In this document: positions 51,242 to 62,250 of the stretch, in pieces | Layout of the letters: each line of letters begins with the position of its first letter | How positions within the stretch are numbered: the first letter of the stretch is position 1 | Assembly: GCA_963667015.2 (NCBI GenBank) | Contig: CAXXJJ010000004.1 | Coordinates: 1,440,001 to 1,504,000, forward strand | Reading direction: 5' to 3' | DNA length: 64,000 nt | From: Desulfatiglandales bacterium | Lineage (GTDB): Bacteria; Desulfobacterota; DSM-4660; Desulfatiglandales; HGW-15 | The notes under the pieces: generated by a model | Told to the model about the DNA's origin: nothing | What the model saw: the letters and a program-made list of their open reading frames with translations, nothing else | The model's database searches: none | Translations under genes and position numbers: made by a program

Positions 51242-52030
51242 CTATAATGCAGGTATTATTTTTTTTATCACTTTTTCTGCAGATGCCTGCATATTATCCC
51301 GTTCATATTCCCTGGCCCGGTTAATATGTTTTTTCACCGAATCAATCATATCCATAATATGCCGGGCAGTATTAAAGCCGTAGCTGACATCATCCCAGAA
51401 GGAATAAAAATAATCCTTAAGGGATGTGCAACACAGGAAATACCTGTCAACAATATGCCTCTCCAGAGAAAAAGATGTATAAGGATGATTATTTACCGCA
51501 TTCCAGTATTTAGCTAACCTGATCAATGGTTTTATATTATTATGATTCATTTTATTCTTTTCCAGAAAGGTATTTTTCATACTTGCAGGATCAGTACTCA
51601 TCCAATCCGTCCAGCCTGATTTTGGTGAGGGAATTTTATATGCCCCCGAACTGCCTATTGCGGGTACCAGTTCAAAATTAATTCCATTAAGATATAACAG
51701 AATTTTTGAACTTGATTGCAGGATTTCCAGTGTAGAATACTCCATATTAACAAATCTGCGAAGTTGATCAATATATGTATAGGGATTTCCTTCATCGTCT
51801 GAAGAATTAAACACTATCATGTAATCAATATCAGAACGGGAGTCTACTTTTCCGGGCAGTATAGTTCCTCTTGTACTCGAGCCAAACTGAAAATGATTTA
51901 TTGCAGATTGACCAAAATAAGAATTAATCCTGATTTGCAGGGAGTTAATAGATCTGTTTATGCTGTTTTTTTCAGCATCGGAAAGGACCAGCTTGCTGCT
52001 AATCTGGGTCAAATATGAGTTAACCGACAT
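51242..52030 (-). CDS. SMODS-domain nucleotidyltransferase (cGAS/DncV-like CD-NTase)
   Basis: FGSSTRGT..., SDIDYMIVF, FELVPA, TDP, KPLIRL.KYWN, SF.LE. Confidence 0.82.
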   Translation of the reverse strand: MSVNSYLTQISSKLVLSDAEKNSINRSINSLQIRINSYFGQSAINHFQFGSSTRGTILPGKVDSRSDIDYMIVFNSSDDEGNPYTYIDQLRRFVNMEYSTLEILQSSSKILLYLNGINFELVPAIGSSGAYKIPSPKSGWTDWMSTDPASMKNTFLEKNKMNHNNIKPLIRLAKYWNAVNNHPYTSFSLERHIVDRYFLCCTSLKDYFYSFWDDVSYGFNTARHIMDMIDSVKKHINRAREYERDNMQASAEKVIKKIIPAL

Positions 52031-52242
52031 TCTGCCTGCCCCTTTCTATTATCAAACAATAAAAGGATAAGTCTTTGGCTCTTGCCGTTTATTTAAAACA
52101 GTATAAAGCAATCCAGAGTATAAATGCAGATATCAAACAAGGGGATTCAGGGTCTGAATTATAATCAAAGGCAATTTAAGCAGGTCGCAACTTTAAAGAC
52201 AGTATTCCGGCTTTACTCTTCTCTTTTTTATAATCCGTTCAA

Positions 52243-52647
52243 TCAGAGACGGCACGGGGTTATTATTTTTTGTTCCTTTATTTCGTGAAGCCATTTTAAG
52301 GCTGTTTCTTCATTTCGAAATACACACAGTTGAATATACTCATTCTCAAGACGCATTTGAAGCTGGCGACAAAGTCCGAAGACCAGATCATGATAGGTTA
52401 CAAAAGCAATGGCCGCTTTTTTAAAACCTTTCAGTATCTTCTTCATGTTATTTGCCGAGGCTATAGATTCATCAGAGTCCTGCAATATTTCCATATACTG
52501 CTCATGAACAACCAGTTCATAAAATTCTCCATCACGTTCATAGCGGGGCATTTCATTCTGGAGAGCTATTAAATCATCAAGAGTAACCGTTCCGGTTAGT
52601 CTTGTGATCAATACACCATGAGAATCAACTATTCTGGAATGCGGCAT
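52243..52647 (-). CDS. STAS/SEC14 (SpoIIAA-like) small protein
   Basis: G.VT.DD, AIAFV...FGL.R, VFR.EE.ALKWL. Confidence 0.6.
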   Translation of the reverse strand: MPHSRIVDSHGVLITRLTGTVTLDDLIALQNEMPRYERDGEFYELVVHEQYMEILQDSDESIASANNMKKILKGFKKAAIAFVTYHDLVFGLCRQLQMRLENEYIQLCVFRNEETALKWLHEIKEQKIITPCRL

Positions 52648-53037
52648 AGTCTGTTCTCCATACCAGACAGTTAACTGGTAAAGAAGGATAATTATTGTTC
52701 AATAATTAAAGCCATTTTGACCGGTATTTATACCACATAATCAGAGCAAGCAAAATAAAAATCCACGAACAGGATTCAGAAATCCAGATTCCGGATTTAT
52801 CCTTTTAAATATTATTTAAGCATAGCACTATTCTGCCCCGAATCTAACCTTCTCTTCAGCCTGATTTACATGATCATACATTATACCTTAACCGGAACAG
52901 CGGCCATGGCTGCCAAGCATCCGGCTCTATAAAACAGCTCACAGGTCCAATCATGGTTACAATTTCCCGGCCGATTATAATAATCCTGTCCCGCCCTTCT
53001 CTTTTTCTGTATATTATCAGAAATTTTTTCTACAACA

Positions 53038-53064
53038 GGCAACCATTTTAGTTATTTCAGCGTC
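53038..53064 (+). promoter_or_regulatory. ECF sigma promoter (autoregulatory)
   Basis: GGCAACC-16 nt-CGTC upstream of the sigma gene; same motif and spacing at 54397. Confidence 0.72.
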
Positions 53065-53120
53065 ATTAGTTAAACAGACAAATAAACCTTTTAACACAAT
53101 TTGAGATTAGCAGAGGAAAA

Positions 53121-53693
53121 TTGAGCTCATCCGGTGATAAAATGCAGCAGGTCGGGTACCGTGATTTTAAAGACAGGGATTTTCTTTTTAAAAGGGTAAA
53201 GCTATGTCAGGAAGGAGACACCGGGGCAATGGAAGATGTTTATGTTGCATATAAATCATCTCTCTTTAACCTGACATATCGTTTCACCGGGGATTTGTCT
53301 ATGGCGGAGGATCTGCTCCAGGACATCTTTATAAAGATATTTACAAACATCAAAAGACTCAGATCCCCGGAGGCATTTAACAGCTGGCTTTACCGGATTG
53401 CAGTAAATACTTGTATGAGCTTTGCCAGAAAAAAGAAAAAAATAAAGGAAATATCACTGAAGGAAATAGAAAATACCGGGCACTCTGAAGATGACCGGAA
53501 TCATGCAAAACAGCAACTTGAGCAGGCAATAGACATATTACCACCCAAACAGAAAATTGTTTTCCAGCTGCATGATGTTCAGGGATTCACAAATACTGAG
53601 ATAGCAAAAATAATGAAAAGCACAGAGGGTACGGCAAAATCCCAGCTTTTCAAGGCAAGGATGAAGATAAGGAATTTCTTGAGGAGTAAATAA
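53121..53693 (+). CDS. ECF RNA polymerase sigma factor
   Basis: AEDLLQDIF, F.SWLYRIAVN, EIA......GT.KSQL.KAR. Confidence 0.93.
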   Translation: MSSSGDKMQQVGYRDFKDRDFLFKRVKLCQEGDTGAMEDVYVAYKSSLFNLTYRFTGDLSMAEDLLQDIFIKIFTNIKRLRSPEAFNSWLYRIAVNTCMSFARKKKKIKEISLKEIENTGHSEDDRNHAKQQLEQAIDILPPKQKIVFQLHDVQGFTNTEIAKIMKSTEGTAKSQLFKARMKIRNFLRSK

Positions 53694-53694
53694 A

Positions 53695-54351
53695 ATGAAA
53701 TGTTCAAGAGCACAAAAACTTATCAATGATTATATCGATAATCTTCTGGAGTCAGGGCAGGTACAGGAGCTGAAAAATCACCTGGAAGGATGCGAAGAAT
53801 GCAGGGATTTGTTACTTGATATGGAATCATTAGTGAAAAATGCCGGAGAGCTTCATACTCTTGAGCCGTCAGAAGATCTATGGCCTGTTATAAAAAGAGA
53901 GGCGCTCAAAAAGAATCGGGAGATTCTAACACAGAAGAAAGGTTTTTTTTCAAATTTCCCGATATATTCCAGGGGCCCGGCCCTTGCTATAAGCACTCTC
54001 CTTGTGATTATGCTGTTGATACCGGTGCTTTATTACGGCCTTCCGTATTTGCGGACACCTGTTGACCATGGGCAGACAGCATCAAATAATTTCAAATTAG
54101 CAGAACAGCAGTATCAATACGCCATAGAGGCCCTGGACAGGTCAATAGAGTCACAACACGTCGAACTGGATCCGGAACTGGCAGCAGTATTCAGGAAAAA
54201 TCTGGCGATAATTGATGAATCGATCCTGATCTGTAAAAAATCAATAGCTGAATACCCTGAAACCAGTGAGGCAAACAAACTGCTTCTGATCTGTTACAGG
54301 AAAAAGATTGAGCTTCTCAATGAGATTAAGGATATAACCATGCAGAGTTAG
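53695..54351 (+). CDS. Zinc-finger (zf-HC2) anti-sigma factor
   Basis: HLEGCEEC, single TM, directly after sigma gene. Confidence 0.88.
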   Translation: MKCSRAQKLINDYIDNLLESGQVQELKNHLEGCEECRDLLLDMESLVKNAGELHTLEPSEDLWPVIKREALKKNREILTQKKGFFSNFPIYSRGPALAISTLLVIMLLIPVLYYGLPYLRTPVDHGQTASNNFKLAEQQYQYAIEALDRSIESQHVELDPELAAVFRKNLAIIDESILICKKSIAEYPETSEANKLLLICYRKKIELLNEIKDITMQS

Positions 54352-54396
54352 CTATCCCCTGATGTGTTACACCTCGATTTTTTTTTCAAAAGCACG

Positions 54397-54423
54397 GGCA
54401 ACCCTTTTATATATGACAGCGTC
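54397..54423 (+). promoter_or_regulatory. Second ECF sigma promoter
   Basis: GGCAACC-16 nt-CGTC upstream of DUF4097 gene. Confidence 0.72.
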
Positions 54424-54515
54424 TTTATATAACAAAATCCGATTTTAAGTGAAGGCACGCTGAATAACAGAATATATATACAGCGTATCAGGCATGTACC
54501 CATAGGAGGTAAATT

Positions 54516-55451
54516 ATGAAATTCTTTAAGCTTAATATTTTCATTTTATTATTTTTTACAGTCATATTTTGTATTCCGTCAGCCCTGTTAGCAGAATCAG
54601 AAGAAAAGATGGAGGAAACATATCCATTGAACGAAGATGGAAAGGTATATATTGAAAATATATCCGGTGACATTACTGTAAAAAGCTGGAAAAAGAATGA
54701 AATAAAGATACTTGCCCGAAAAGTAGCTGTGGACAGGGATAAAGACGCACTTGATAAGGTTAGTATCGATATAAATCATACGGATGGCAATATCAGAATA
54801 ATAACCAGGAGAAACAAATCCTGGAGTTTTTCTCAATCCCCTGATGTATCTGTTTTTTACGATCTCATTATACCCGATAAAGCACAGCTGAGAGTCAAGA
54901 CCATAAGCGGAAGGATTCAGGCGTGGGAGACCGGCGGGCGCGTTGATCTTGAATCCATCAGCGGAAGGATAGATATTGTGAAGGCCGAACAGGGCGTAAA
55001 ATGTAAAACCATAAGCGGTGCAATCTATCTTGAAGACATTACAGGAAGCACTGCACTAAAAAGCACCTCCGGAAAAATAATTGTAGAAGGACTCAAAGGG
55101 TCTGTTGAAGCGAATACTGTGAGTGGCGACATCGACATAAAGGAGTTTTCCCTTGCAGATGAAATAGAGATGGAGACTATAAAGGGAAGTATGGAAGCAC
55201 AGGGAGAGTTCAGTCCCGGGGGAATTTATACCTTCCGGACAGTCAGCGGCAGAATCCGTCTTACCCTGCCGCCTTCCTCGGATTTTGAACTACGGACAGA
55301 TACCATAAGCGGCGATTTACAATGCGATTTCAAGTTGAATAGTCTTACCGTATCTGCAAGGAATAAATTACAGGGTGTTATAGGAAAAGGCGGCGCCAGC
55401 CTGAAAATATCTTCTGTCAGTGGAGACATACTGATTAATAAGGGGAAATAA
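54516..55451 (+). CDS. DUF4097 beta-strand-repeat exported protein
   Basis: Signal peptide; repeated T(I/V)SG.I units. Confidence 0.88.
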   Translation: MKFFKLNIFILLFFTVIFCIPSALLAESEEKMEETYPLNEDGKVYIENISGDITVKSWKKNEIKILARKVAVDRDKDALDKVSIDINHTDGNIRIITRRNKSWSFSQSPDVSVFYDLIIPDKAQLRVKTISGRIQAWETGGRVDLESISGRIDIVKAEQGVKCKTISGAIYLEDITGSTALKSTSGKIIVEGLKGSVEANTVSGDIDIKEFSLADEIEMETIKGSMEAQGEFSPGGIYTFRTVSGRIRLTLPPSSDFELRTDTISGDLQCDFKLNSLTVSARNKLQGVIGKGGASLKISSVSGDILINKGK

Positions 55452-55485
55452 TATGGTTAACCATTACTATCGAGGAAACAGCGTT

Positions 55486-56100
55486 ATGAATAAAAAGAAT
55501 ATTTGTTTTTTAGTAATGATGGCATGGTCGGCAATTCTGACCATGTCCGGATGTATGGCTTCCACCAAAAATCTTAATCCTGCCGATGAGACCCATTATG
55601 ATGCAAGCTATGATTTTTCAGATAAAAAGCAGATTGTTGACCGGCTGGTTACTCCCCTGCTCTCTGCCACACAGTTTTTTCCGGTGCAGGTAAAACCGGT
55701 GTTAATTGTTTATCCTGTTGTCAATGAGACCTCGGAACATATCAGCACATCTGCTATCACCGATGAAATCAGGATGAAGCTTTTAAATTCCGGAAAGATC
55801 CGCTTTATAAATGAACACCAGCGGGAGAATATTATGAAGGAGATCAGTTACCAGAATCAGGGTTATGTTGACCCGGCATTACGGGTTGAACAGGGCCGCC
55901 AGCTGGGTGCAGACTATATTCTGAGCGGTACACTGAGATCCATAAACAAAAAACAGCCTAAACAGATGCGCCTCTATAAGAAAGAACGTGTCTATTACAG
56001 CCTGGACCTCTCCATGACAGATCTCAAGACAGGTGAGATTGTGTATGCGGATCAGGCGGAACTCGCGCGCGAAGCATCGAAGCCAATTATCGGCTGGTAG
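55486..56100 (+). CDS. LpoB-like lipoprotein
   Basis: Lipobox MSGC, NETSEHI, G..LGADY.L.G.L, DLKTGEIV. Confidence 0.75.
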   Translation: MNKKNICFLVMMAWSAILTMSGCMASTKNLNPADETHYDASYDFSDKKQIVDRLVTPLLSATQFFPVQVKPVLIVYPVVNETSEHISTSAITDEIRMKLLNSGKIRFINEHQRENIMKEISYQNQGYVDPALRVEQGRQLGADYILSGTLRSINKKQPKQMRLYKKERVYYSLDLSMTDLKTGEIVYADQAELAREASKPIIGW

Positions 56101-56106
56101 CAGGAA

Positions 56107-57219
56107 ATGGTTTATCTCAGATTCTTTCTGATCCTGATTATTATACTTTCGTCCGGATGTACCGGCACACGACTTCAAAGAGCCCGGTCGGTATTTTACG
56201 CTGGAAATCCCGACCGGGCGGAACAAATGCTGGAGGAATGTCTGGGTGTTTCTGAAAAAGATCGACTGCTGTGTTACATGGAAAGAGGCACAATCCTATA
56301 TGACATGAATGCCTACAAAGAAAGCACGGAAGTCCTGCTGAAGGCATCCCGGCTTATTAAAGAACAGGATATTATCAACATTGCAGACCAATCCTCCTCT
56401 GTTCTGATTAATGACAGGATATTGACCTACAAGGGCGAATACAGTGAAAGGCTGTGGGTTCACACCTTTCTTATGATGAATTTTTTACTTCAGTATAATT
56501 ATGAGAGTGCGCTGGTAGAGGCAAAACAGGCGCTTGAAGTGTTCGATGAATATCCCGATTCTCTTAAGGATGACTATTTTACCAGGGCCCTCATTGCACT
56601 TTGCTTTGAAAATATGAACATGCCGGATGATGCACGTATAGAATATGATAAACTGGCGGAGGGACTGGGAGGAACAGCTCCAGGCCCTGAACCGGCTGCC
56701 ACGGGAAAAGGGGAACTGATTCTCTTTATCGGAGAGGGACGGGTTCCACAAAAGACTTCTATCGAAACTGTTATCCCTCCGTCCATCCGGATTTCAATTC
56801 CACGGTATAGAGACTGTTCGGAACCCCTGCCCGTGATTATCCGAACCGACGACATCATAGATTCTCCCTTTGAGATAACAACAGATATGGGGGATGTAGC
56901 CCAAACCTCTTTAAACGAGAGGGCATCGCAATATCTTGCACGACAGACCCTGCGGGCCGGGGCAAAAGAGGCAATTGCCCGAAAGGTTGGTGATAAAAAC
57001 GAATTTGCAGAGGTAATAGTAAGGGCAATTCTTTTTATTTCAGAGGAAGCCGACACGCGGTCATGGGAGACCCTGCCTGGAAGCCTTACACTTGTTCGGT
57101 TGTCACTGGATCCGGGTGTTCATACTGTAGAGGTATCTTCAGGAAATTCGGGAACAGCTTTTATAAATGAAATTGATATTAATGAAGGTAAAAGGCTGTA
57201 TCGGGCAATACGTTTTTAA
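56107..57219 (+). CDS. TPR lipoprotein (COG3014-like)
   Basis: Lipobox SSGC, Y.GE.SE, ADTRSWETLP. Confidence 0.75.
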   Translation: MVYLRFFLILIIILSSGCTGTRLQRARSVFYAGNPDRAEQMLEECLGVSEKDRLLCYMERGTILYDMNAYKESTEVLLKASRLIKEQDIINIADQSSSVLINDRILTYKGEYSERLWVHTFLMMNFLLQYNYESALVEAKQALEVFDEYPDSLKDDYFTRALIALCFENMNMPDDARIEYDKLAEGLGGTAPGPEPAATGKGELILFIGEGRVPQKTSIETVIPPSIRISIPRYRDCSEPLPVIIRTDDIIDSPFEITTDMGDVAQTSLNERASQYLARQTLRAGAKEAIARKVGDKNEFAEVIVRAILFISEEADTRSWETLPGSLTLVRLSLDPGVHTVEVSSGNSGTAFINEIDINEGKRLYRAIRF

Positions 57220-57260
57220 CCCGTTCTTTTCCTGCTTCAAATAGCAGGTCTCAGTCGCCT

Positions 57261-58700
57261 TTATTGTTTGCTTAAAAACAGTTCAGCAACCGAAACACCT
57301 AATTGCGAAGGCATAACACTGTTTTTGATTACCGGCCCTGAAGACCCATCATCGGTTTTATTCATAAGTTTAATGACTCCACCTCCTGTTATGGCCCCTG
57401 TCGCTGTTTCTTCCATCAGCATGGCCAGCGGAGGGGCCATCGGACCGTCCGGATAGTCAACAATTGTGGCAAATTTTCCGTTGGTCAGTTCTACAACCGA
57501 GCCTATTGGGAAAACACCCATCATCTGTATGAAACTCTTCAGTAAAATAATATCAAAGCTTTTAGAGCCTTCACTCCACATCTTCCTCAGCGCCTCGTCG
57601 GGAGTAAAAGACCTTGAACGATATTTGCGGTCCGCTGTAAGCGCCTCATAAACATCGGCGATTCGGAGTATCCTCCCTGTGAGACTCAACTTTTTCATGA
57701 AATGAGTTTTAGGATATCCGGTCATATCAGGATTCAGATGGTGTTCAAACGGCCCGAGAATAATTTTAGACCTCAATTCCTTGTCGGCATTGAGCCTCAA
57801 AATTTTTTTCACACCAAGCAGTGGGTGGTTCTGCATCTGCTTCCATTCTTCATCGTTCAGCTCTCCTTTTTTAAGCAGGATATCCCTTGGGACACCCACC
57901 TTTCCAAGGTCATGAAAGAGCCCGCACACGGTAAGGTGTTCCAGGACTGTCTTTGATAAACCGATCTGTTTTCCCAGACATGTAGCTAGCAGAGAAACAT
58001 TAACCGAATGCGTGTATGTGTAATCGTCATATTCATGCAGAGTAGCCAGCCCAAGTATCAGGGAACTGTCTTCATGGACAAGGTCGACAATGTTCTGTGC
58101 AAGCCGCCTTGCCTTGAGCACTCCGGAAACACCCTTTGAAGCCTTGTCAGCTACCTCTTTCACGGTATCCAGTGCAAGGAGGTAGGCGTTTTTTGCCCTT
58201 TCCTGCCTTTTCCTGCCATCGCCATTTACAGAAGCCTCATGATCTTCATCCTGTTTTTCCAGGATATGGACCCAGGAAAGTTTATATTCCTTAAACTTGC
58301 TGTTTAACCATTCAAATGGTTTTTTACTTTTGGCCGACAGGTCAACAAGGCGTATGAATGTCATAATACCTTTAGGCGATGCATCACGGGCTGAGACAAA
58401 AAAGTGAAATCCGCCAATTTCTCTGGCCGCCAAATATTTTATCATTTCATTAATGATATTGTAGGAATCCCTTCCATGGATCAATTTTTCCCCGCAAAAA
58501 TGGAATCTTCCCCGCCAGGCCTGGAATTTCAGGTCTCCCTCTCCGGTAATTTCATGAAGTATGTTTTGAAATTTCGCCAGACATTCCCTTAACAGGGAAT
58601 TATTATCTTTATGAATCCTTGCGGTAGATATGAGCTTGTACAGCACCTTTACAAATTCCATTGACCGGAGTTGAGACTGAGTATTTTTTTGGCTAGACAT
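57261..58700 (-). CDS. HD-GYP domain phosphodiesterase
   Basis: YTYTHSVNV, HDLGK, HH......GYP, IADVYEALT..R.Y. Confidence 0.88.
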   Translation of the reverse strand: MSSQKNTQSQLRSMEFVKVLYKLISTARIHKDNNSLLRECLAKFQNILHEITGEGDLKFQAWRGRFHFCGEKLIHGRDSYNIINEMIKYLAAREIGGFHFFVSARDASPKGIMTFIRLVDLSAKSKKPFEWLNSKFKEYKLSWVHILEKQDEDHEASVNGDGRKRQERAKNAYLLALDTVKEVADKASKGVSGVLKARRLAQNIVDLVHEDSSLILGLATLHEYDDYTYTHSVNVSLLATCLGKQIGLSKTVLEHLTVCGLFHDLGKVGVPRDILLKKGELNDEEWKQMQNHPLLGVKKILRLNADKELRSKIILGPFEHHLNPDMTGYPKTHFMKKLSLTGRILRIADVYEALTADRKYRSRSFTPDEALRKMWSEGSKSFDIILLKSFIQMMGVFPIGSVVELTNGKFATIVDYPDGPMAPPLAMLMEETATGAITGGGVIKLMNKTDDGSSGPVIKNSVMPSQLGVSVAELFLSKQ

Positions 58701-60387
58701 TGCCTGCCTCCCGGTCCAAATCCTGCCTGATATTTATGACTGCGCCCTTGACACCGGGGAAAAAAGATCGGCCTGCACGTTCCAGCACTTCATCCGCCTG
58801 GGTTATACCCAGCGTGCCAAGAGCAATGGCTGCACCCCTTCTAAAGACGGTTCTCCTGGTTCCCGATAAAAAACCCCATTTGAGAAGGGTTTCCCTGAGA
58901 AACGGGACGGAATGCAGAGAACCGCATTTTCCCAGTATTCTGAAGCATTGGATTATATAATTTGCATCGATATTGCCTGACTTATTTTTCTTTATATATG
59001 AGATGAGAAATTCCTCTACAGCATCATCCTGGGAATGCCCCATATGTTCAAGGACAAGCTGCCGTATGGAATCCTCACTGTCGTCAATCAAATTCAACAT
59101 ATCCTTTATTCGGCCGGGTTCCAGTTTTAAAATACCTTTAATTGCCTCGTAACGTATACGGCCCGAGGTGTGGCCCGAAATTTTTAAAAGGTACTTCATT
59201 GAGTGTCCTCCTTCCATTTCAGTAATAACTGCGACAAGCCTTTCCAGCAGATTCTCATTTGTATTATTGAGCGCCAGTTCAAGAGAGTATGTATCCTTTG
59301 AAACCAGTTGGATTATCAGATCCAGCAATATTTTTTTTTGAGGAGCAGGCTGGGGCTGGGAAAGAAGGGCTAAAGGCATTTTGATGGATTCCGGGTTCAG
59401 GTGCATAAATATATCCTGCAGAATCGCAGCATCATCCTGACCTATCTGTTCCCAGATATCTTTTAAAGGTGCCAGGTATTCAACGTCCGAAACGCTCCGG
59501 AAAAATTCTTTAATCAGATCTTCAGTCCATGGCAGTTCTTCCCTGCAAATATCCAGTACATATTGTATACCATCAAGTATTTTAAGACTAATGACAAAGT
59601 CCTTTCGGGCAAGAGATAATGTAAATTCCTCTGAGAGCGCATCAATAATCTTGCTGAAATTTATCTCTTCCCTGTTCTGTAAAAGGCTGTCCAGAAGTGC
59701 ATCCAGATAGGATGTACGATCAGTATCTTCCTCCATGCGGATCATATCCTGTAATGAAGCATCTTCTTCCGGAGTAAGTGCGACCTTTGTCATATCAATG
59801 GGTGGATCACTCTGATATTCCTTTTCTCTATATTCAGGTTCTGCTGCCTGGGTTATTGTTGACGTTCCTGAAACAAGATCAGAAAAATCCTTTCCTCCCT
59901 GGCCATCTCCCCATGAAAGCTCTGCAACCTCGTAGTTCATATGGGGGAACTGGATCTCCCAGAAGGCAGTCACAATATCCCCTTCAGGTTCAGCGGATAA
60001 TTTAGTGTACCTGTTTATTAATAAGAAGATATCTGTTAGTTCTTTCTGTTCGATTCCGTCCATCAGCTCAAGCCACAGGATACCATCGCGAAATAAGGTA
60101 TAATGAAGCGTCCCTTCTTCAGGAATACACTCAGAGATAATTTTTCCCTGGCAGGTAATCCGGTCTCTTTCTATTTCAAGCTTTAATATCTTATGTTTTT
60201 TAAGAAAGGCGGTGAGTTGTGTATGAAACTGGCTTATTGAATTTGTACATATAGTATGTCCCGGGGGATAAAGTGACAAATTCTTGACGGTAAGCAGGAG
60301 AGAGGTGAAAAGCCTCTTGACTGTTTTTGATTCGTCTTTAATAACGCAGTTTCCGGTAACTGCAACCTGGGTGTTCTGAGAATTCAT
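58693..60387 (-). CDS. HEAT-repeat protein coupled to HD-GYP gene
   Basis: LYPPGH N-terminus, helical repeats, overlaps HD-GYP start. Confidence 0.78.
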   Translation of the reverse strand: MNSQNTQVAVTGNCVIKDESKTVKRLFTSLLLTVKNLSLYPPGHTICTNSISQFHTQLTAFLKKHKILKLEIERDRITCQGKIISECIPEEGTLHYTLFRDGILWLELMDGIEQKELTDIFLLINRYTKLSAEPEGDIVTAFWEIQFPHMNYEVAELSWGDGQGGKDFSDLVSGTSTITQAAEPEYREKEYQSDPPIDMTKVALTPEEDASLQDMIRMEEDTDRTSYLDALLDSLLQNREEINFSKIIDALSEEFTLSLARKDFVISLKILDGIQYVLDICREELPWTEDLIKEFFRSVSDVEYLAPLKDIWEQIGQDDAAILQDIFMHLNPESIKMPLALLSQPQPAPQKKILLDLIIQLVSKDTYSLELALNNTNENLLERLVAVITEMEGGHSMKYLLKISGHTSGRIRYEAIKGILKLEPGRIKDMLNLIDDSEDSIRQLVLEHMGHSQDDAVEEFLISYIKKNKSGNIDANYIIQCFRILGKCGSLHSVPFLRETLLKWGFLSGTRRTVFRRGAAIALGTLGITQADEVLERAGRSFFPGVKGAVINIRQDLDREAGNV

Positions 60388-60756
60388 ATTCTGACCATTT
60401 AACCTGAGATTCCCCTAGAATTTTAAATTCAGTACTAAAAACAGGAAGATCATTCATAAGCACAGTTCGCATCATCATACAGCACATCTCTTGTTAAGTG
60501 TCTGTCGCTCATCTGCAACTCTATTAATCGATAATTTTATGAAGACAAGAAAATTCAATAGAACATTGAATAACATCTATGCAAAATACAGACCACAAAC
60601 AATCTAAATGTTTATTAGATAGTGCCCATCCATAAACAGTTTTGAGGCACTAATTGGCTTCCAATATATTTCATCATGTAATATACTCCCTCCATTCAGC
60701 AGCCGGGACATTCCTGCTGCCAACCATATTAAACAAAAAGAGAATTAACAGGAATT

Positions 60757-62250
60757 ATGCTCCTCATACACCCTCCCCTTTCAAAACCCTGCGAACCTCC
60801 AGCCGGCATAGCCAGACTGGCCGGAGCAGTTGAGAAACTCCCGCTGTCTGTTGTTGACTCGAATCTGGATGCAGTGCTGCGTACTGTTCATGGGCCTGTG
60901 AATGATAATGATACATGGACACGCCGTTCAAAAAAAAATCTTTCGGCAAACCTCCGTTACCTTCGCGAAAGCCATACATGGGAAATTGATAAATACAAAA
61001 GGGCTGTAATGGACATCAACCGCCTGCTGGTAAGGTCTCTGCACTCAACAGGAGTAAAGGCAACCCTCAGCAATTACCAGGATCAGAGTCTATCGCCTGT
61101 AAGAAGCAGCGATCTCCTCAAAACAGCTGAATTGCCAGAGAAAAATCCTTTTTATCCATTTTTCAGGGACTGGCTCATCCCGCAGGAAGACGGCCTCTTT
61201 GGAATATCATTAAATTTTTTAAGCCAGTCCATTTCAGTATTTGCAATGGCAGGTTACCTTAAGAAGCAATATCCCGGGGCAAGGATCATCCTTGGGGGAG
61301 GGCTTGTTACATCCTGGATGAAAAGACCGGGATGGGAAAATCCCTTTGCAGGCCTGGTGGATGATATGGTGGCAGGCCCCGGTGAGGAATATATTCAAAA
61401 ACTGCTGAATATCGGAAAATGCTCAGCACACGTAAGGCCGGCGTATGACCTGTTCCCGGTTTATACCTACCTTTCACCCGGCTTTATACTCCCCTACAGC
61501 GCCTCAAGCGGCTGTTACTGGCAGAAGTGCAGGTTCTGTCCTGAAAAGGCAGAAGGCAACGCCTATTCTCCAGTCCCGCCGGATCAGGTAATTGATGATC
61601 TCACATCTCTTATAGATATTCATCGACCTGCCATGGTACACATACTGGACAATGCAATCAGTCCGTCATTGTTAAAACGCCTTATAGAACATCCGTTGAA
61701 TACTCCCTGGTACGGGTTTGTACGCATGACCGCTCACTTTAAAGATCCGGATTTCTGCATGGGATTAAAGAGGTCAGGATGCGTGATGCTGAAGATCGGC
61801 GTTGAATCCGGTAATCAGGAGGTACTGGATGCCCTCAACAAAGGCATCGACCTTGAGACCGTTTCCATTGCCCTTAAAAATCTCAGAAACGCAGGCATAG
61901 GGACCTTTCTCTATTTCCTCTTCGGCACACCGCCCGAAGGACCGGCAGAGGCAGAGCACACCATGGATTTTGTAAAAAAACATCATACGATGATAGATTT
62001 CATGAATCTTGCGATATTCAATATGCCGACCAACAGTCCTGATGCGGATAAATACAACAGTGATAAATTCTATGAAGGCGATATGTCTCTATATTCAAGC
62101 TTTGAACATCCGAAGGGATGGAACAGAGGTATGATAAGGACATTTCTGAATAATGAATTTAAAAAAGATCCTGCCATTAGAGAAATAGTTAAGAGGACTC
62201 CGCCGTTTTTCACATCAAATCACGCGGCATTCTTCATGAAAAACAGGTAA
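60757..62250 (+). CDS. B12-binding-type radical SAM protein
   Basis: LLIHPP, GCYWQKCRFC, GVESG, FGTP.E. Confidence 0.85.
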   Translation: MLLIHPPLSKPCEPPAGIARLAGAVEKLPLSVVDSNLDAVLRTVHGPVNDNDTWTRRSKKNLSANLRYLRESHTWEIDKYKRAVMDINRLLVRSLHSTGVKATLSNYQDQSLSPVRSSDLLKTAELPEKNPFYPFFRDWLIPQEDGLFGISLNFLSQSISVFAMAGYLKKQYPGARIILGGGLVTSWMKRPGWENPFAGLVDDMVAGPGEEYIQKLLNIGKCSAHVRPAYDLFPVYTYLSPGFILPYSASSGCYWQKCRFCPEKAEGNAYSPVPPDQVIDDLTSLIDIHRPAMVHILDNAISPSLLKRLIEHPLNTPWYGFVRMTAHFKDPDFCMGLKRSGCVMLKIGVESGNQEVLDALNKGIDLETVSIALKNLRNAGIGTFLYFLFGTPPEGPAEAEHTMDFVKKHHTMIDFMNLAIFNMPTNSPDADKYNSDKFYEGDMSLYSSFEHPKGWNRGMIRTFLNNEFKKDPAIREIVKRTPPFFTSNHAAFFMKNR

